From assembly GCA_034439895.1 (NCBI GenBank), contig JAWXBF010000165.1, forward strand, positions 1 through 19,670: a DNA stretch of 19,670 bases. Direction: 5' to 3'. Position numbers and translations under genes: made by a program. Position 1 is the stretch's first letter. Every line of letters starts with the position of its first letter. The notes below the pieces were generated by a model, which saw only the letters and a list, made by a program, of their open reading frames with translations, made no database searches and was not told where the DNA came from. The DNA comes from Deltaproteobacteria bacterium. GTDB lineage: Bacteria; Myxococcota_A; Polyangia; Fen-1088. Of this stretch, positions 15,648 to 19,670 are shown piece after piece.

Positions 15648-16976
15648 ATGACCAAGGCATTCACGCAGTATTTCAAGAACATCCCCGACATTCGCTACGA
15701 AGGTCCGGACTCGGACAACCCCTTCGCCTTCCGCTATTTCGATCCGAAGGCGAAGATCCTCGGCAAGTCGATGAAGGACTGGATGCGCAATGCCGTGTGC
15801 TACTGGCACACCTTCCGTGGTACGGCGCTCGACATCTTCGGACCCGGAACCCTCGTTCGTCCCTGGGAAGACGGAACGAACTCGCTCGAGATGGCGTTGA
15901 AGCGCACCGAGGTGGTGTTCGACTTCATCACCAAGCTCGGCGTTGAATACTACTGCTTCCACGATCGCGACGTTTCTCCCGAAGGCGCCAATGTCAGCGA
16001 AACCAACAAGAACTTGTGGGCCGTCGCGGAGAAGCTCATGACGCTGCAGAAGGCAACCGGCGTGAAGCTGCTCTGGGGCACGGCGAACATGTTCAGCCAT
16101 CCCCGTTTCGCACAGGGCGCATCCACCAGCCCCAACGCCGATGTGTTCGCGTATTGCGCGAACGCGGTGAAGGAAATGTTGGATGTCTCCAAGTTCCTCG
16201 GCGGCGAAAACTACGTATTCTGGGGAGGCCGCGAAGGCTACAACTCGCTGCTCAATACCAACATGGGACGCGAAGCCGACAACGCCGGTCGCTTCCTTCA
16301 AATGGCGGTCGATTACGCCAAGAAGATCGGCTTCAAGGGTCCCTTCCTCATCGAGCCCAAGGCCTGCGAACCGACCAAGCACCAGTACGATTTCGATAGC
16401 GCCACCGTACTTGGGTTCCTCCGCAAGTACGGACTTGAGAAGCACTTCAAGCTCAACGTCGAACAAAACCACTCAACCCTCGCGGGCCACGACTTCTGTC
16501 ATGAACTGGCCGTTTGCGACGCCAACGATGCCCTAGGTTCAATCGATTCGAATCGCGGCGACGTGATGAATGGTTGGGATACCGATCAGTTCCCGAACGA
16601 CTACCGCGAAACCGCCGAGGCCTGGACCATCATTCTGAAAAACAAGAAGGGTCTTGGCACCGGAGGTCTCAACTACGACGCGAAGGTTCGTCGCGATAGC
16701 CACGATGTGGAAGACATGTTCTTCGCTCACATCTGCGGCATCGACACGTGGGCCCGCGGTCTGCGCATCGCCGAGAAGATCATCAAGGATGGCAAGCTCA
16801 GCGGGTTCGTGGAAAAGCGCTACGCGAGCTACGACAAGGGCATTGGCAAAGAAATCGAAAAAGGCAAGGCCACCTTCGAGTCGTTGCAGAAGTACATCAT
16901 CGGCAAGGGTGAAGTTGCCCCGACGGCCTCGGCTCGGCAGGAATACCTCGAGAACCTGCTCAACAAGTATTGCTAG
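15648..16976 (+). CDS. xylA: Xylose isomerase, class II.
   Basis: The protein aligns along its full length with E. coli XylA from memory. Shared blocks include [99 protein letters not shown] and [12 protein letters not shown] at 15648, TAG at 16974..16976. Confidence 0.95.
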   Translation: MTKAFTQYFKNIPDIRYEGPDSDNPFAFRYFDPKAKILGKSMKDWMRNAVCYWHTFRGTALDIFGPGTLVRPWEDGTNSLEMALKRTEVVFDFITKLGVEYYCFHDRDVSPEGANVSETNKNLWAVAEKLMTLQKATGVKLLWGTANMFSHPRFAQGASTSPNADVFAYCANAVKEMLDVSKFLGGENYVFWGGREGYNSLLNTNMGREADNAGRFLQMAVDYAKKIGFKGPFLIEPKACEPTKHQYDFDSATVLGFLRKYGLEKHFKLNVEQNHSTLAGHDFCHELAVCDANDALGSIDSNRGDVMNGWDTDQFPNDYRETAEAWTIILKNKKGLGTGGLNYDAKVRRDSHDVEDMFFAHICGIDTWARGLRIAEKIIKDGKLSGFVEKRYASYDKGIGKEIEKGKATFESLQKYIIGKGEVAPTASARQEYLENLLNKYC

Positions 16977-18253
16977 GTTTGAACAATCCCACCAGCGCCG
17001 AGGAGCCTCAAAACGATCGAGACGTCGAGAGACGCTCACGTTGGGTCGCCCTCGGCCAGTGGGCTCTGCTCGGCTCGCTCGTGGGTGTAGTTTGCGGGGG
17101 GGGCTCGGCACTCTTTTTGTGGCTGCTCGACCGCGCGACGGACTTCCGGACGGGGCACGAACAGCTAATTTTTGCGCTTCCCATTGCGGGTCTTGTCGTC
17201 GGTTGGTGCTACGAACGATTCGGCGACGCCATCAAGGCAGGCAACAACCTCGTCATCGACACGATCCACGACAACGGGCCAGAAATTCCGCTTCGGATGG
17301 CCCCGTTCGTGCTCATCGGCACCGTATTGACCCACCTCTTTGGCGGAAGCGCAGGACGGGAGGGAACCGCCGTACAAATGGGCGCGAGCCTTACCGACTG
17401 GATCTCGCATCGGCTGCGGGTGAGCAAGCACGTTCGGCGTCAGCTGCTCGCCGCCGGCGTCGCAGGTGGGTTTGGCTCGGTGTTTGGAACGCCCATTGCG
17501 GGAGCCATTTTCGGTCTTGAGTTCATCGTGCGTGGCCGCATCCAGTATCACGCCCTCGTACCTGCCCTCGTTGCATCCTTCGTGGGCGACATCACAACAA
17601 GGGCACTCGGAATTACCCACACGCTCTACCCTGCGGCGTCTGCGCTTCCGTTGTCGCCCCTTCTCTTCCTGAAATGGCTCGTCTTTGCGGCGGCCGTTGC
17701 ACTCGTGGCCAACGCCTTCATCGCGCTCACTCACACCATCAAGAAGCGCGGCGAGAAATTGGTGCGACGGTTGCCGTGGCGGATGTTTCTCGGCGGACTC
17801 GTCGTCGTCGGATTGTGGCAGCTTGTCGGGACAAGCGACTACCTGGGCCTTGGCGTGCCCATGATCTTGCGCTCATTCGAAGATCCCAACCTGCCGCTTC
17901 ACGCTTTCGCCCTGAAACTCTTGTTTACCGCGGTGACCATCGGAGCCGGCTTCCTTGGTGGAGAGGTGACGCCCCTGTTCTTCATCGGCGCAACGCTCGG
18001 GAGTGCGCTTGGTCAACTCATGGGCATCCCGATCGCAATCGGTGCGGGCGTTGGGCTTGCGGCAGTCTTCGCGGCGGCATCCAACGCGCCGCTTGCCCTG
18101 TCGATCATGGCGATGGAATTGCTGGGTGCACCGATTTTCCCGCACGCCGCGATCGTCTGCGTGTTCGCCTATCTGCTATCAGGAAAGCGCAGCATCTACA
18201 GCGCACAGCGCGTGGGTGCGCGTCAAGTCGTCGGTACGCGACCGGGCGTCTAA
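16970..18253 (+). CDS. CLC-family anion/proton transporter without CBS domains. It carries the signature substitutions of the CLC-F fluoride/H+ antiporter clade.
   Basis: GREGT (the GREGP-equivalent, with the gating Glu), [11 protein letters not shown] (the GxFxP-equivalent) and AGNNLVID (aligning with GSGIP of CLC-ec1) are present. The central Tyr equivalent is absent (MELLGAPIF). Together GNNL[IV]/GREGT/GEVTP match my recollection of the CLC-F signature. Length is 427 aa with no CBS domains. The start is non-ATG, at TTG 16970 or TTG 16979, overlapping the xylA stop. No in-frame ATG occurs before the first TM helices. Confidence 0.85.
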   Translation: MLGLNNPTSAEEPQNDRDVERRSRWVALGQWALLGSLVGVVCGGGSALFLWLLDRATDFRTGHEQLIFALPIAGLVVGWCYERFGDAIKAGNNLVIDTIHDNGPEIPLRMAPFVLIGTVLTHLFGGSAGREGTAVQMGASLTDWISHRLRVSKHVRRQLLAAGVAGGFGSVFGTPIAGAIFGLEFIVRGRIQYHALVPALVASFVGDITTRALGITHTLYPAASALPLSPLLFLKWLVFAAAVALVANAFIALTHTIKKRGEKLVRRLPWRMFLGGLVVVGLWQLVGTSDYLGLGVPMILRSFEDPNLPLHAFALKLLFTAVTIGAGFLGGEVTPLFFIGATLGSALGQLMGIPIAIGAGVGLAAVFAAASNAPLALSIMAMELLGAPIFPHAAIVCVFAYLLSGKRSIYSAQRVGARQVVGTRPGV

Positions 18254-19533
18254 ACCTTGTTCGGATCGGTCGCTGTCGCTGCCACCCGATCGCGTACCGC
18301 CCGCAGCAGATCCACGCCCGAAACAGCTTTCAGCTGCTCATTGCTCGCGATGATGCGGCCCGTGAGATCAGATGCACCGCCGTCACCATTTGCCACGCCC
18401 GCACTGCCCAACCCACCTAGCAGGGTCAGCTTTTCAACGCGCAGTTCGCTCATCGTGCCCATGACGATCCGCATCAGCTCATCAACCTTCTGCATTAGAA
18501 ACACTTGACGTGCTGACCCGCCAACCGCGCGCCAACTGTTTGCGATTTCATCCATGGCCGCCGCGGTGGCGCGACCCTGCTCGACAATTTTCGACGCCGT
18601 ACCTTTCGCTTCCGCCTCCATTGCAGAGCGTCTTGCGCGCGCCGGCTCAAGCACGTCCGCCTGCAGTTTGCGTCGCACTTGCTCGACGCGCGCGCGCTGC
18701 AATTCAACCTCGCCCTCCGCGCGCGCGATTTGTGCTGTGACCAAACCGCGCGCCTCGGCGATGATAGCGGTGCCTCGGGTCTGGGCGTCCGCCACACGGC
18801 GGGCGTTGTCGGCTTGAAGTGTGCCAAGCTGCGCTTCAAGTTGAGACAGTTCCGTCTCTTGCCGGTTGCGCGCGCTTTGTATTGCGGATTCGGATCTGGA
18901 GCGGGCTTCGGCGATCAGTGCGCGCTTTTGCACCTCGGCAGACTGACGGCGGCCAATGCTGTCAAGGTACCCCACTTCATCTGAGACGTCTTGAATCTTG
19001 AGCGTGTCAAGCTCGATGCCCAACCCTCGCAGATCGTCTTCGGCCTCGGACAGCAGCGACTGCGCGAACTTGATCTTGTCCTCGTTGACTTCTTCGGGCG
19101 TCAGCATGGCAAGCACGCCGCGCAGATTGCCTTCAAGGGTTTCCTTCGCGACCGACATGATGCGGCCCCGATCAACTCCGAGGAGCCGCTCGACCGCGTT
19201 ATCCAACACGGGCTGCTCGCCGGCAATCTTTACGTTGGCGATGCCATGCACGTTCAGCGGAATTCCGCCCTTCGAATAAGCACCCCTCACCGATACCTCA
19301 ATCGGCATGTTCGTGAGATCCATGCGGTCCACGGCCTCAAGCAACGGAATGCGCAGCGCGCGGCCTCCCTTGATAATTCGGTACCCCACCGTTCGGCTAC
19401 CGGTGGCACGCTGGCCGCCCGAGAAAACCAGCACCTCATTGGGCTGACAAATGTAAAGCAGCCGCTTGATCACAAAGCCAAGAACACCCCCCAAGACAAC
19501 GAGCGACGCAAGAATGACAGCAACGTAGACCAT
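18250..19533 (-). CDS. Flotillin / SPFH (band 7) family membrane protein, YqiK/FloT-like.
   Basis: ATG at 19533..19531, with a GTG one codon upstream. N-terminal TM anchor MVYVAVILASLVVLGGVLGFVI. SPFH core (NEVLVFSGG...IPLLEAVDRMDLT...). A long Ala/Glu/Arg/Gln-rich coiled-coil region follows. The stop codon (complement of 18250..18252) overlaps the CLC stop codon. Confidence 0.9.
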   Translation of the reverse strand: MVYVAVILASLVVLGGVLGFVIKRLLYICQPNEVLVFSGGQRATGSRTVGYRIIKGGRALRIPLLEAVDRMDLTNMPIEVSVRGAYSKGGIPLNVHGIANVKIAGEQPVLDNAVERLLGVDRGRIMSVAKETLEGNLRGVLAMLTPEEVNEDKIKFAQSLLSEAEDDLRGLGIELDTLKIQDVSDEVGYLDSIGRRQSAEVQKRALIAEARSRSESAIQSARNRQETELSQLEAQLGTLQADNARRVADAQTRGTAIIAEARGLVTAQIARAEGEVELQRARVEQVRRKLQADVLEPARARRSAMEAEAKGTASKIVEQGRATAAAMDEIANSWRAVGGSARQVFLMQKVDELMRIVMGTMSELRVEKLTLLGGLGSAGVANGDGGASDLTGRIIASNEQLKAVSGVDLLRAVRDRVAATATDPNKV

Positions 19534-19670
19534 CACACCACCTCCGTCGATGTAGACTCTGGTGTGCGGCCAACCAGCAAGGCCGTGATGTCTACCCCTG
19601 TGGTATCGAACAAGGATCGCATGACAGCGGCGACGGCCGATGGATAGGCGGCAGCAAGCCGTGGCAGCGA
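19533..19670 (-). CDS. Partial ORF whose 5' end is off the window. It is translationally coupled to the flotillin gene and may be an NfeD/YqiJ-like partner.
   Basis: The reverse-complement frame gives ...SLPRLAAAYPSAVAAVMRSLFDTTGVDITALLVGRTPESTSTEVV, then a TGA that overlaps the flotillin ATG as TGATG. The NfeD-like assignment is suggested only by the common nfeD-flotillin gene order, not by sequence recognition. Confidence 0.35.
   Translation of the reverse strand, partial: SLPRLAAAYPSAVAAVMRSLFDTTGVDITALLVGRTPESTSTEVV

Noticed and set aside
15522-16472. Minus-strand ORF of 316 aa and plus-strand ORF 16016..16399 inside xylA.
   Set aside because: They are antisense or out-of-frame to an unambiguous xylose isomerase.
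16654-18420. Arg-rich plus-strand ORFs 16654..17520 and 17674..18420, and minus-strand ORF 17165..17734.
   Set aside because: They are out-of-frame readings of the CLC transporter gene. Their composition is low-complexity Arg/Ser.
1-19670. tRNA, rRNA, transposase or integrase genes.
   Set aside because: No cloverleaf-compatible 70-90 nt segments, rRNA-like conserved blocks, or transposase/integrase motifs (DDE, tyrosine recombinase R..H..R..Y) were seen on reading both strands. Coding density leaves no room for them.

Overview
This is a GC-rich window of about 19.7 kb with strong GC3 codon bias. Its gene content is typical of a Myxococcota-like or Planctomycetota-like genome, but that taxonomic call is tentative and made by eye only. 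I support about 17 protein-coding genes, about 93% coding density, and no rRNA, tRNA or CRISPR. Genes from left to right: (1) a partial RRM-type glycine-rich RNA-binding protein on the minus strand. (2) A co-directional plus-strand array at 556..10150: a Ser/Thr kinase with a PEGA ectodomain, a TPR/PEGA membrane protein, a large lipoprotein with 10 tandem 45-aa eight-cysteine repeats and a MopE-like C-terminal motif, a beta-rich protein ending in Phe, an ECF sigma factor, an anti-sigma factor and a 682-aa secreted protein. The last three are linked by ATGA overlaps. (3) A convergent minus-strand DUF1592/DUF1588 (CxxCH) and DUF1552 (Tat signal) pair. (4) A 34-aa lysine-rich small ORF with a perfect Shine-Dalgarno that the ORF track misses, flanked by hairpins. 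(5) A lipoprotein gene divergent from a DUF1080 (3-keto-disaccharide hydrolase), xylose isomerase and CLC transporter array. The CLC carries the CLC-F (fluoride/H+ antiporter) signature variants GNNLV/GREGT/GEVTP, and its TTG start overlaps the xylA stop. (6) A flotillin/SPFH gene whose stop codon overlaps that of the CLC gene on the opposite strand, preceded by a translationally coupled partial ORF. The main candidates for something new are the kinase/ECF-sigma cell-surface module with the disulfide-rich repeat lipoprotein, and the xylA-CLC-F linkage. Many long ORFs in the track are antisense or out-of-frame artefacts of GC-rich repetitive coding DNA and were rejected.
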